From: a virus
Virus record (IMG/VR): IMGVR_UViG_3300042311_000577
Span: 1-64,000 of that record
Direction: 5' to 3' (one strand)
Length of the DNA stretch: 64,000 bases
Shown here: positions 7,907 to 16,488 of the stretch, in pieces
Position numbering within the stretch: the first letter of the stretch is position 1
How the letters are laid out: each line of letters starts with the position of its first letter
Made by a program: the position numbers and the translations under genes
The notes under the pieces: generated by a model
What the model was told of the DNA's origin: nothing
The model's database searches: none
Seen by the model: only the letters and a program-made list of their open reading frames with translations

Positions 7907-8161
7907 ATGGAAGATGTAAAAACACATAAGTTAGTATTGCATAATGATGACCATCATGACTTTTTATATGTAATTGCATGTCTTATGCGTCATTGTAAAC
8001 ATGATGCTACACAAGCTGAACAATGTGCAATTACAGTTCATAATAGAGGTAAATGTTCTGTTAAATCCGGTGATTTTCTTGAAATGTTAGATTTAAAAAC
8101 TAACTTAGAAGATTTAGATTTAATAACAGAAATTGAAGCCTATGAAAGTCATTTGTATTGA
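7907..8161 (+). CDS. clpS: ClpS-like Clp protease adaptor
   Basis: LVLHNDDHHDFLYVIACL...QAEQCAITVHNRGKCSVKSG matches the ClpS pattern. Confidence 0.85.
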   Translation: MEDVKTHKLVLHNDDHHDFLYVIACLMRHCKHDATQAEQCAITVHNRGKCSVKSGDFLEMLDLKTNLEDLDLITEIEAYESHLY

Positions 8162-8411
8162 TTCATCAAATAAACCTGCAAAAATATCTCCAGAAGAATG
8201 GATAGAAGAAGGTATAGTTTATACTGTTGTATCTGTTGTAAATATGGGATTACAACCAGGTAAATTAGGAGTTATATTGAAAGAAGTCCAGTTGTCCAAA
8301 AAATCATTTCCTTATGAATATTATGATGCAACTAGATTTCTACCTATAGAAGGTCTATTTGCTGAAGCAGAAGAAGAAAAAATAAAAGAAGCTGAATTAG
8401 ATTTAGTATAG
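8142..8411 (+). CDS. hypothetical protein
   Basis: ATG at 8142 within track ORF 8133..8411. Confidence 0.7.
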   Translation: MKVICIDSSNKPAKISPEEWIEEGIVYTVVSVVNMGLQPGKLGVILKEVQLSKKSFPYEYYDATRFLPIEGLFAEAEEEKIKEAELDLV

Positions 8412-8412
8412 T

Positions 8413-8847
8413 ATGGAAGATTACACTAAAGAAGATGTAATCAATGCTTTATTAAAAATTAAAAAGAATTCTAGAGAAAGAGCATTGGTTGATCAAAGAA
8501 GTTATTTAATTGGATTACTGAAATATAGATTTATGATGCCGGAACATAGCATAGCAAATATAACTGGTTATAAAAGAAGCACAGTTCATCATAATAAAAC
8601 TATAGCTGTTCAGTTCTGTAATGATAAATCCTATGTAAAGAATGTGTATGTATATGCCCAGATGTTTCCATTTGACTTCAGTGTAGTTGATACAGTAAGA
8701 ACTAAAAGAAAAGTAAGAATTAAATTAGATATTTTACATTCTACTTATTCTAAATTAAAAATAATTGGTTCTATACATGGCCATGATGATATAAGAGTAA
8801 CAATTAATTTTTTACTAGAAAAAAATATAAGATTATGGGAAGAATGA
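8413..8847 (+). CDS. hypothetical protein, possible HTH DNA-binding
   Basis: EHSIANITGYKRSTVHH resembles an HTH. Confidence 0.65.
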   Translation: MEDYTKEDVINALLKIKKNSRERALVDQRSYLIGLLKYRFMMPEHSIANITGYKRSTVHHNKTIAVQFCNDKSYVKNVYVYAQMFPFDFSVVDTVRTKRKVRIKLDILHSTYSKLKIIGSIHGHDDIRVTINFLLEKNIRLWEE

Positions 8848-9095
8848 AAGAAGCATGTATTGCTATTATGGAAGAAAATGGAGGAATACCGGAGGGTATG
8901 ACACTTGGAGATGTAGTTAGAATGAAAGAATTAGAAATTTATAACTGGCAGGAATATGAAAGAAAGAAGGATAGAGTTAGATTACAATCTATTGAACAAG
9001 AAAATTCAAGAGAGATTGGAAAAGTACAACAAGCAAACAAAAAATTCTCGAGCCACTATGGTGAAGCAAGAGAAGAAAAAAACAGTGAACAATGA
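8835..9095 (+). CDS. hypothetical protein
   Basis: 86-aa ORF. Confidence 0.65.
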   Translation: MGRMKEACIAIMEENGGIPEGMTLGDVVRMKELEIYNWQEYERKKDRVRLQSIEQENSREIGKVQQANKKFSSHYGEAREEKNSEQ

Positions 9096-9544
9096 AGAAG
9101 GTGATTAATTTATTAGGAGCAATACTAATTACAGGAAGTGTTAGTGCTCAATGGACTTATAAAACAGTAGATAATGGTTTTGATGAACCATATAAAATTG
9201 CACATACAGCAGAAAATAACGGTGCTTTTCTTAAACTAGAAAAAGTTGATACTTTTGTTATATGGTATATTCAAGGTGGTTATTATTGTGATGATAATCC
9301 TAATATAGATGTAGTGTTTGTTGTAAAAGGTGTAAATAAAAAATACAACCTGAAAGGTACAAAAAATGAAAAGAACAATGTAGTATTCTTTCCATGGAAC
9401 CTAGACATAGATGAAGCATTAAATACAGATTTTAAAGATGCTTCATCAGTAAAAATCAGAATAAATGAAACTTATTGTACATCAGAAGTATATGAGTTTA
9501 ACATGAGCAACAGTAAATCTGCTTATGAGTTTATGATAAAGTAA
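9092..9544 (+). CDS. exported protein with Sec signal peptide
   Basis: MKKVINLLGAILITGSVSA-Q: Bacteroidota-type signal peptide with Gln at +1. Confidence 0.75.
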   Translation: MKKVINLLGAILITGSVSAQWTYKTVDNGFDEPYKIAHTAENNGAFLKLEKVDTFVIWYIQGGYYCDDNPNIDVVFVVKGVNKKYNLKGTKNEKNNVVFFPWNLDIDEALNTDFKDASSVKIRINETYCTSEVYEFNMSNSKSAYEFMIK

Positions 9545-9559
9545 TTAAAACAAAAGTAT

Positions 9560-10084
9560 ATGAAAAAGATAATTAATTTATTACTAGCAATGCTATCATT
9601 CATAACATTTACTCATGCTCAAAACTTTAAAGGACATATATCTACGACCTTTGGAATAATTAATCCAAAGTACCGTATTCAGTGTGAAGTACCAATTACA
9701 AATTATATTAGTTCAGGAGTAAATATGAACTATTATTTATTTTTTTGGAAAGGACCTATTTTTGAACCTTTTGTAAGATTATATGATGGTAATGATAAGG
9801 GTCAGTTTATTCAAGCAAAATTAATGTATGGAAATTTGTCTTCATACAGTGAACCAGATGTATCTAATGAGCTCCTGGATGGTAAAAGGTGGTCTACTTA
9901 TGGTTTTGGTATAGGTTATGGTTATAAATATTTACTTGGCAAACACTTTACAATTGAACCATTAACAGGACTTAGATTTCTTTCACGTCCACCTAAATCT
10001 GCAATGGGAGATAATCCTTTATTTTGGCAAATTTCTACAGGTCTTATGTGGGATCTTCAAATTAAATTTGGATTACAATTTTGA
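9560..10084 (+). CDS. small outer-membrane beta-barrel protein (DUF3575-like)
   Basis: Signal peptide ...THA-Q, alternating aromatic strands (GFGIGYGYKY), C-terminal BAM-type signal KFGLQF. Confidence 0.7.
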   Translation: MKKIINLLLAMLSFITFTHAQNFKGHISTTFGIINPKYRIQCEVPITNYISSGVNMNYYLFFWKGPIFEPFVRLYDGNDKGQFIQAKLMYGNLSSYSEPDVSNELLDGKRWSTYGFGIGYGYKYLLGKHFTIEPLTGLRFLSRPPKSAMGDNPLFWQISTGLMWDLQIKFGLQF

Positions 10085-10088
10085 ATAA

Positions 10089-10280
10089 GTGAAGCATTTT
10101 CTAAAATATCTAGTGGTATGGATAAGCCAAAACTTATCTGTACCATTCTGGATGGTTGGTCATGTACATTTAATGTCCACTATATATGAGGACATTCATG
10201 AAATAATAGCATCCTGTGGTATGAATATACTAGTTGCTATTGGTTTTATTATAGATTATTTAGAACAAAAAAACAAGTAA
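10089..10280 (+). CDS. small membrane protein
   Basis: GTG start, two hydrophobic stretches. Confidence 0.6.
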   Translation: MKHFLKYLVVWISQNLSVPFWMVGHVHLMSTIYEDIHEIIASCGMNILVAIGFIIDYLEQKNK

Positions 10281-10282
10281 AG

Positions 10283-10630
10283 ATGGCAGTTAACAATAAA
10301 GTAAAAAATTCAGGAAGGCCTAAGAAGGTTAAGAATGATGATTTTGTAATGATGAAGAGTGATTTGGAACTTAACTTAGAAAAAGCACAGGCATTGCTTA
10401 AAGTTAAGGATGAGTTTATTGCAGACTTAGAAACTAAGTTAGATGAAGCTTATAAAGAGCAGGAAGATATGATTGCTGAAGTAAATAAATGGGTATTCCA
10501 AGTAATACACCATTGTAGTAAAGTAGAATCTAAAACAGGTAGAATTACACTACATGATGTAGATTACTGTGCAGATCTGATTAAAAGAATTCTGAAATAT
10601 AAATTTGTAAATAACCTTGAAAACTATTAA
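10283..10630 (+). CDS. hypothetical coiled-coil protein
   Basis: 115-aa ORF. Confidence 0.7.
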   Translation: MAVNNKVKNSGRPKKVKNDDFVMMKSDLELNLEKAQALLKVKDEFIADLETKLDEAYKEQEDMIAEVNKWVFQVIHHCSKVESKTGRITLHDVDYCADLIKRILKYKFVNNLENY

Positions 10631-10632
10631 TT

Positions 10633-11034
10633 ATGAAAGATATGTTATTAGCACTTATGATAGGTGCAACCTTTATGTATGAAATGTGGGTATTTATTAA
10701 AACAAGAGCATTTGTAAAAGTAATTTACATGTTGCCAAAAGATAGTGAAGAAAAACTAGCTATAAAATTTGTAAGTGGTTGTTTTTCTTTAATTTATCTT
10801 GTATGGTTAATTTTAGGTATGGCCCTTAGTGATTTATGGTATGCTTATTTAGCTATTTTTACATTGTCTATTTTACAGTCTTTTGTAACTAAGTATCTTA
10901 AGAAAAATAAGCACTGGGAAAGTTTGATATTATTTAAGAAGATAGATGGTGTAATATCTATGGCTATTCTTTTATGGTTATTTGTAGCTCATTTTCATCC
11001 TGAATTACTTGGATCTTGGAAAATTAATTTTTAA
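10633..11034 (+). CDS. multi-pass membrane protein
   Basis: About 4 hydrophobic helices. Confidence 0.75.
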   Translation: MKDMLLALMIGATFMYEMWVFIKTRAFVKVIYMLPKDSEEKLAIKFVSGCFSLIYLVWLILGMALSDLWYAYLAIFTLSILQSFVTKYLKKNKHWESLILFKKIDGVISMAILLWLFVAHFHPELLGSWKINF

Positions 11035-11043
11035 AAAAGTAAT

Positions 11044-11310
11044 ATGAAACAAGAAACATTAGAAGAAGCTGTTGAAAATTATAATGATAAGTTTCAAGAA
11101 AGTGCTGGAAGTAAGCCTCCTTATATTAAGAATCAACATATTATGAATCATTTTATAGCAGGTGCTAAATGGCAATCTGAAAGAATGTATAGTGAGGAAG
11201 AAGTTAGAAAAATAGCTGAAGAAGTTAGATGGCAAGTTCCAGCTACGGGTAATCCAAGGGAATTTACAAAAAACTTTGACAAATGGTTTGAACAATTTAA
11301 AAAGAAGTAA
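11044..11310 (+). CDS. hypothetical phage protein
   Basis: 88-aa ORF followed directly by the junction repeat. Confidence 0.75.
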   Translation: MKQETLEEAVENYNDKFQESAGSKPPYIKNQHIMNHFIAGAKWQSERMYSEEEVRKIAEEVRWQVPATGNPREFTKNFDKWFEQFKKK

Positions 11311-11327
11311 TAACCTTTAAATCAGAA
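11311..11327 (+). repeat. junction repeat, copy 5
   Basis: 11311-11338 is identical to 605-632 over 28 bp (TAACCTTTAAATCAGAATAGAATGAAAG). Confidence 0.9.
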
Positions 11328-11331
11328 TAGA

Positions 11332-11553
11332 ATGAAAGTAATAATTGAATTTACAGATGAAGATGCTGCATCTGATGCTCAGGTAGCATTAGATGGGTGG
11401 AAGTATAGAGCTGCTATATGGGACATAGATCAACATCTTAGAAATGAAGTTAAGTATAATGAGAAACTTCCTTCTGAAGTAGGAGAGGCTTTTGAAAAGT
11501 TAAGAGATAAGATCCGGGAGATTTTATCTGATAGTAACCTAACAATGGAATAG
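11332..11553 (+). CDS. hypothetical protein
   Basis: 73-aa ORF. Confidence 0.7.
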   Translation: MKVIIEFTDEDAASDAQVALDGWKYRAAIWDIDQHLRNEVKYNEKLPSEVGEAFEKLRDKIREILSDSNLTME

Positions 11554-11622
11554 TTATGAAAAAGCTATTTGAATTAATATATGTAGCACTAATCAGCTGT
11601 ATATATAAAAATCTAGAATAAT

Positions 11623-12519
11623 ATGTCTGTAGTAGAAAAAGTTACTAGGAAGTCTATGGTTATTAGGCCTTCCGGAAGGAGTACTGACTTTATTTCACCA
11701 AGTTTTGGACATGGTTGTCTTTATAATTGTAGTTACTGCTACATGAAAAGACACAAACCGGAAGGACTTTCTGTAGCTACAAATACTATGGATATCCTGA
11801 CAGAGATTAATTCACATGCTTATTTTTCTACAGTAGAAAAACCTAATCAAACAGGAGAGTATATTACTTATGATATATCTTGTAATGAAGACTTTGCTCT
11901 ACATGCTAAATATCATGACTGGAAGACAATCTTTGCATTCTTTAGAGATCATCCACTTGCTATGGGTTCATTTGCTACTAAGTATGTAAATCATGATTTA
12001 TTGAAGTTTAATCCAGAAGGTAAGATTAGAGTAAGATTTAGTCTTATGCCGGAGAAATGGAGAAAAGTTCTTGAACCTAATACAAGTTCTCTTGATGAAA
12101 GGTTAAATTCTATATACTTGTTTTTAAGAGCAGGATATGAAGTTCACTTAAATTTTAGTCCAGTAATAGTTCATGATAATTGGCTTATAGAGTATGAGTT
12201 TTTGTTTTATATAATCAACAGACATTCTACTTTTAATAAATGGAATACTGATAATGTAAAAGCTGAAGTAATATTTCTAACTCACAATGAGGATAAACAT
12301 AAGTATAATCTAGCTAATAAACTTCCTGGAGAAGAACTATTATGGGTACCTAAAATACAGGAAGGGAAAGTATCACAGTATGGTGGAAAGAATCTTAGGT
12401 ATGAGCACAATAGAAAAGCTGATTATATCAAACAGTTTGTTAAAATGCATGATGAAATAATACCTTGGAATACAATTAGGTATTGTTTCACTCTTTTATT
12501 ACTTTTTAATTATGTTTAG
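11623..12519 (+). CDS. spore photoproduct lyase-like radical SAM protein
   Basis: GCLYNCSYCYM (CxxxCxxC), YDISCNED, ATKYVN, RVRFSLMP, GYEVHLNFSPVI resemble the SplB family. Confidence 0.8.
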   Translation: MSVVEKVTRKSMVIRPSGRSTDFISPSFGHGCLYNCSYCYMKRHKPEGLSVATNTMDILTEINSHAYFSTVEKPNQTGEYITYDISCNEDFALHAKYHDWKTIFAFFRDHPLAMGSFATKYVNHDLLKFNPEGKIRVRFSLMPEKWRKVLEPNTSSLDERLNSIYLFLRAGYEVHLNFSPVIVHDNWLIEYEFLFYIINRHSTFNKWNTDNVKAEVIFLTHNEDKHKYNLANKLPGEELLWVPKIQEGKVSQYGGKNLRYEHNRKADYIKQFVKMHDEIIPWNTIRYCFTLLLLFNYV

Positions 12520-12829
12520 GAATAGAAAAGATCTTTTTGTAGAAGATCTGATTAACAGAAATTATGTACTTAATAATGGGTATGATGTAAATGAAAATGG
12601 TGTTTATGTTAAAGACAATGGTCTTTCTATTGTTAATATAAATATAACACCTTTAACTACAGATCATCTATACAAGATTTATTGCACTATAATATTACTA
12701 ACCTTAGACTCAGTAACTATTAAATTCCGTGTTATTGATCATTATAGTATACCTATATACAAAGTGGTAGATGATCTTGAAGATAAAATAAAAGCATATG
12801 AAGCAATAGTAAAATTTGTAGAAGCATGA
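12512..12829 (+). CDS. hypothetical protein
   Basis: 105-aa ORF, first of four similar-sized coupled ORFs. Confidence 0.65.
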   Translation: MFRNRKDLFVEDLINRNYVLNNGYDVNENGVYVKDNGLSIVNINITPLTTDHLYKIYCTIILLTLDSVTIKFRVIDHYSIPIYKVVDDLEDKIKAYEAIVKFVEA

Positions 12830-13110
12830 CAGAAGAAGATATAGAAAGATGTAGAGAACAAGCAAAAGCTTTAGGTTATTTTATAGTACAAGGTAAAGAC
12901 AATGTTTTTTATCACAATGGTTTTGGTAATAGCTGGACTGTTGAAGTAATAATACATTCATCTAATTTTGATTACTATATAGTTGAAGTGGCTTTATCTG
13001 GAAAAAATACAAGACTTACAAAAGACTTTGTTACTGGGCATGAAGATATCTTAGGTCCCATTCAACAATGGTGTAAAAACTTAATAGCCTTTCATAAATT
13101 TATAGAATAA
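12826..13110 (+). CDS. hypothetical protein
   Basis: 94-aa ORF with ATGA overlap. Confidence 0.7.
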   Translation: MTEEDIERCREQAKALGYFIVQGKDNVFYHNGFGNSWTVEVIIHSSNFDYYIVEVALSGKNTRLTKDFVTGHEDILGPIQQWCKNLIAFHKFIE

Positions 13111-13379
13111 TGACACTTAGAGAAACAGAACTAATAGGTAAGAAGCTTGTGAAGTATGGGTTTTACAGAAACACCCGGAATCATCATATCTATGGTCATG
13201 GAGACATTACACTTGAATTTAAAATGCTTTATACAAATTTTTGGTATGCAGATATAGAATTAACTATATATATGGATACTATTGTCCGTTTTAAAGGTCA
13301 GCAAGCAGTGTTTACTCCAGAGTGGTTAGTAGAGGAGTATGATAAGATAAAGGCAATGTTTAAATTTTTAAGATCATGA
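13110..13379 (+). CDS. hypothetical protein
   Basis: 89-aa ORF; N-terminus similar to the next ORF. Confidence 0.7.
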   Translation: MTLRETELIGKKLVKYGFYRNTRNHHIYGHGDITLEFKMLYTNFWYADIELTIYMDTIVRFKGQQAVFTPEWLVEEYDKIKAMFKFLRS

Positions 13380-13654
13380 TGACAATACGTGAAGTGAACC
13401 TGATTAAGAAAAAGCTTTTAAGTATGGGTTTTACCCAGGATGCAGATAGTTCTAGATCCTTTACAAAATGGCATAAGTTAGTACCTATCACAGTGAAATT
13501 TCAAAAAGCATATGATACATATTATGATGCTTATATTAGATATGGAATAACTCCTGAACAGATAGTACTAGAAACTACTTTTCATGTAGAGCCTAGCAAA
13601 ATACTTAAGAGATCTGAAGACTTAGCAACAATTTTAAATTTTTTAGATAGATGA
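13376..13654 (+). CDS. hypothetical protein
   Basis: 92-aa ORF. Confidence 0.7.
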   Translation: MMTIREVNLIKKKLLSMGFTQDADSSRSFTKWHKLVPITVKFQKAYDTYYDAYIRYGITPEQIVLETTFHVEPSKILKRSEDLATILNFLDR

Positions 13655-14067
13655 TAAGATATTTTAAAGATCAGAAAATTAGTAATCTTCTACTTGATAT
13701 ATGTGAGGAACATCATGCAGTATCAAAAGAAGAAGATAGTAATATGGGATACCTGTGGCATATGTTTGCACATGGTACCAAAAAAGGAGACTTCAGACCA
13801 TTTATTTTTATATCTGAGATGAACTTATTAGTAAAGACAGGATATCTTACTGAAGATGAGAGAAATAATCTAAATGCTATGTTGAATAGTAATGATGATG
13901 ACAATGCTCACCTTACTGGATACTCTATACTTACATTAAGAGCTAAAAGGATAGAAGAAATGGGTTCATGGACTCCTGAGAATGAAAAATACAAGGATGT
14001 TAACTACACTAGGGATATTATTAATCCTGAAATGTTTTTAAAACCTGTAACACCTTATACATTATGA
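13651..14067 (+). CDS. hypothetical protein
   Basis: 138-aa ORF with coupled start and stop. Confidence 0.7.
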   Translation: MIRYFKDQKISNLLLDICEEHHAVSKEEDSNMGYLWHMFAHGTKKGDFRPFIFISEMNLLVKTGYLTEDERNNLNAMLNSNDDDNAHLTGYSILTLRAKRIEEMGSWTPENEKYKDVNYTRDIINPEMFLKPVTPYTL

Positions 14068-14258
14068 GTGATTTAACATGTATTAAATGTGGAGCTCCGG
14101 CTACCAAAAGGTATAGTCCTGATCTAGACATCAAGGGTATAGGAATGTGTGCAGAGCATACAGATGAGATCATGATGGATCTTATGGTTACTCAGTTTGA
14201 TAAGAAGGGTTGGGAGAAGTTTGAGAAAAAGTATTTAAAACAAAAGAAAAATGAGTGA
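14064..14258 (+). CDS. small Zn-finger-like protein
   Basis: CIKC...CAEH. Confidence 0.65.
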   Translation: MSDLTCIKCGAPATKRYSPDLDIKGIGMCAEHTDEIMMDLMVTQFDKKGWEKFEKKYLKQKKNE

Positions 14259-14502
14259 ACAAGAATTAGTTGATTTTGGCTTTGAAAAAGTAGAAATTAC
14301 AGATGATGATAGTCAAAATGGATATGATTATTATTACTATCAAAAAGAGATGTGCAGCGGCATTATTCTACATAGTACAGACAATGTTGATGTAGAAGAT
14401 GATCAATGGACTCTGAAAGCATTTGAGATACCTGCAATAGAAATTAAAAGTAAAGATCACTATCTGCATTTTTTAGAAGTAATGAAAAACATAATTTGTT
14501 AA
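14251..14502 (+). CDS. hypothetical protein
   Basis: 83-aa ORF. Confidence 0.7.
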   Translation: MSEQELVDFGFEKVEITDDDSQNGYDYYYYQKEMCSGIILHSTDNVDVEDDQWTLKAFEIPAIEIKSKDHYLHFLEVMKNIIC

Positions 14503-14504
14503 AC

Positions 14505-14858
14505 ATGCATACAGGAAAATTTATTAAAAAAGATGGTAAACTTGTTTTTGTACATCCCCAAGATAAACTTGCATATGAAATCTTTGTAGAGAAACTAAAA
14601 GAGGGTGATAAGGTTGATATGTTTATTGAAGTATCTAATCCTGATCACAGTAAAGCACAACTTGCAAAAGTACATGCTTGTATTAGGGAACTGGCTAAAG
14701 AGTCGGGTTATACATTTGAGGAAATGAAACTGGTTGTAAAAGAACATGCCGGTCTAGCCGGCAAGTCTTTTGGGGATTGTAGTAAAAGTGATTTAATGTT
14801 AGCTATTGAAGCTTGTATACAAATAGGTAGTGAAAATTATAATATTAATCTTCACTAG
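14505..14858 (+). CDS. hypothetical protein (NinB-like?)
   Basis: SKAQLAKVHACIRELAKESGYTFEEMK loosely resembles the NinB pattern. Confidence 0.6.
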   Translation: MHTGKFIKKDGKLVFVHPQDKLAYEIFVEKLKEGDKVDMFIEVSNPDHSKAQLAKVHACIRELAKESGYTFEEMKLVVKEHAGLAGKSFGDCSKSDLMLAIEACIQIGSENYNINLH

Positions 14859-15165
14859 ATTTTTCTTGTTCTTCTAAGAATTTTTCAGCATCAAAATCTT
14901 TTTCATCATAAAGATTATTTTCTTTTGCCTGTTTTTCAATTTCAGCTAAAAGTAAAGTAACTGTGTAAAAAGATCTTTCATTTGGAGTTAATTCTGCATA
15001 TGGTCTATTAGCTATACTTTTTAATGATTCTTCAGTAGAACCTTTTTCAGTTAAAATAGTAAACAAATCAAAAAGTGTAGCTTTAACCATCAAATAGTAA
15101 TTTTTATTTACTTTGATCTCAATGATTGCATCATTTTTCATTTCTTGAACTTTGACTGTGCTCAT
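14845..15165 (-). CDS. hypothetical protein, lone opposite-strand gene in the + arm
   Basis: Fills a gap between + genes; ATG at 15165 (MSTVKVQ); composition looks like a real protein. Confidence 0.7.
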   Translation of the reverse strand: MSTVKVQEMKNDAIIEIKVNKNYYLMVKATLFDLFTILTEKGSTEESLKSIANRPYAELTPNERSFYTVTLLLAEIEKQAKENNLYDEKDFDAEKFLEEQEKSSED

Positions 15166-15196
15166 AATATAAATTTTTATCAAAAATAGCAAAAAA

Positions 15197-15895
15197 ATGG
15201 AATTAGAAGAAATTAAACAAAAAATGTTTGAAAAGCTTAAACCTAGTGGTTGGGATAGAGTTTTTAAATCTTTTATATTTAGTTCTGATTTTGATACTAT
15301 ACTTACTCAGTTATGGAATCTCAGTCAGTCTGATAGAAGATGGACTCCGCCACTAAAACAAGTATTCAGAGCTTTTGAAGAATGCCCATACAGTAAATTA
15401 CAAGTTGTATTTATTGGTCAGGATCCGTATCCACAGTTAGGTGTAGCAGATGGTATATCATTTAGTTGCAGCAATACAAATAAATTACAGCCAAGTCTTA
15501 AATTTATTCTACAGGAAGTTGATAGAACTGTATATGGTAATCATGTTATAAGTGAAGATTTAGATCTTAAAAGATGGTCTAATCAAGGAATACTTATGCT
15601 GAATACTGCTCTTACAGTTGAAGTTGGAAAGATTGGTACTCATTATGATATTTGGCAGAAATTTACAGCATATCTGTTAGACTGGTTGAATAACTACAAC
15701 CCAGGACTTATTTATGTTTATATGGGTAAGAAAGCTGAAGAATGGTCTGAACTTACTAATGATAATAATTATAAGTTTTATATTAAACATCCTGCTTCTG
15801 CTGCTTATTCTGGTGGTAAATGGGATTGTATGGATGTATTTAATAAAATATCTTCTATAGTAGAAACAAACTCTGGAACTTTAATAACTTGGTGA
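15197..15895 (+). CDS. ung: uracil-DNA glycosylase, family 1
   Basis: VVFIGQDPYP, GISFS, W..QGILMLNTALTV, HPAS. Confidence 0.9.
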   Translation: MELEEIKQKMFEKLKPSGWDRVFKSFIFSSDFDTILTQLWNLSQSDRRWTPPLKQVFRAFEECPYSKLQVVFIGQDPYPQLGVADGISFSCSNTNKLQPSLKFILQEVDRTVYGNHVISEDLDLKRWSNQGILMLNTALTVEVGKIGTHYDIWQKFTAYLLDWLNNYNPGLIYVYMGKKAEEWSELTNDNNYKFYIKHPASAAYSGGKWDCMDVFNKISSIVETNSGTLITW

Positions 15896-15896
15896 T

Positions 15897-16484
15897 ATGA
15901 CGGAAATATTTAGCAAACTAATTAGAGAAGGACTGACACCAAATTCTTTTTATGTTTTACATTGTATAAAAGAAAAAACTGTTGTTGGAAATTTTGTCAA
16001 CAAAGCACTTGAGTGCAAAAAGCTGCAAACGGATCAATGGCTTACAGAAAACTTGGAACTTACTTCAAAAAGCATTATCTTTATGACAGAAATTGATGGA
16101 TATTTTAGGAAAACTAAGAAAAAAACATCAATTAGTATAATGGGTAACAATTTCATTGAAAATATTCAAAAGTACAATGAAATATTTCCAAACAAAAAAC
16201 TATCTAGTGGCAAATATGCAAGAGTAAACCCTAAAAGTTTAGAAAATGCATTTAGATGGTTTTTTGAAAACTATAATTATACTTGGGAAACAATTTTAAA
16301 AGCAACACAAAGATATGTTGATGAATACAGTATCCAAAGATATGACTATATGAGGACTTCACAATATTTTGTAAGGAAACAAAATGTAGACAAAAGTTGG
16401 GATTCAGATTTAGCAACTTATTGTGAGTTTTTAAATAGTTCTGAAGACACAGAATTAAATTATTTTAAAGAAATAGTAGATTAA
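15897..16484 (+). CDS. hypothetical protein, possibly replication initiation or helicase loading
   Basis: 195-aa ORF directly upstream of DnaB; function inferred from position only. Confidence 0.7.
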   Translation: MTEIFSKLIREGLTPNSFYVLHCIKEKTVVGNFVNKALECKKLQTDQWLTENLELTSKSIIFMTEIDGYFRKTKKKTSISIMGNNFIENIQKYNEIFPNKKLSSGKYARVNPKSLENAFRWFFENYNYTWETILKATQRYVDEYSIQRYDYMRTSQYFVRKQNVDKSWDSDLATYCEFLNSSEDTELNYFKEIVD

Positions 16485-16488
16485 CATT

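Noticed and set aside
9451-9468. Partial match to the junction repeat (AAATCAGAATAAATG)
   Set aside because: It lacks the AACCTTT half and lies inside a coding region; a similar partial match near 59190 is also likely chance
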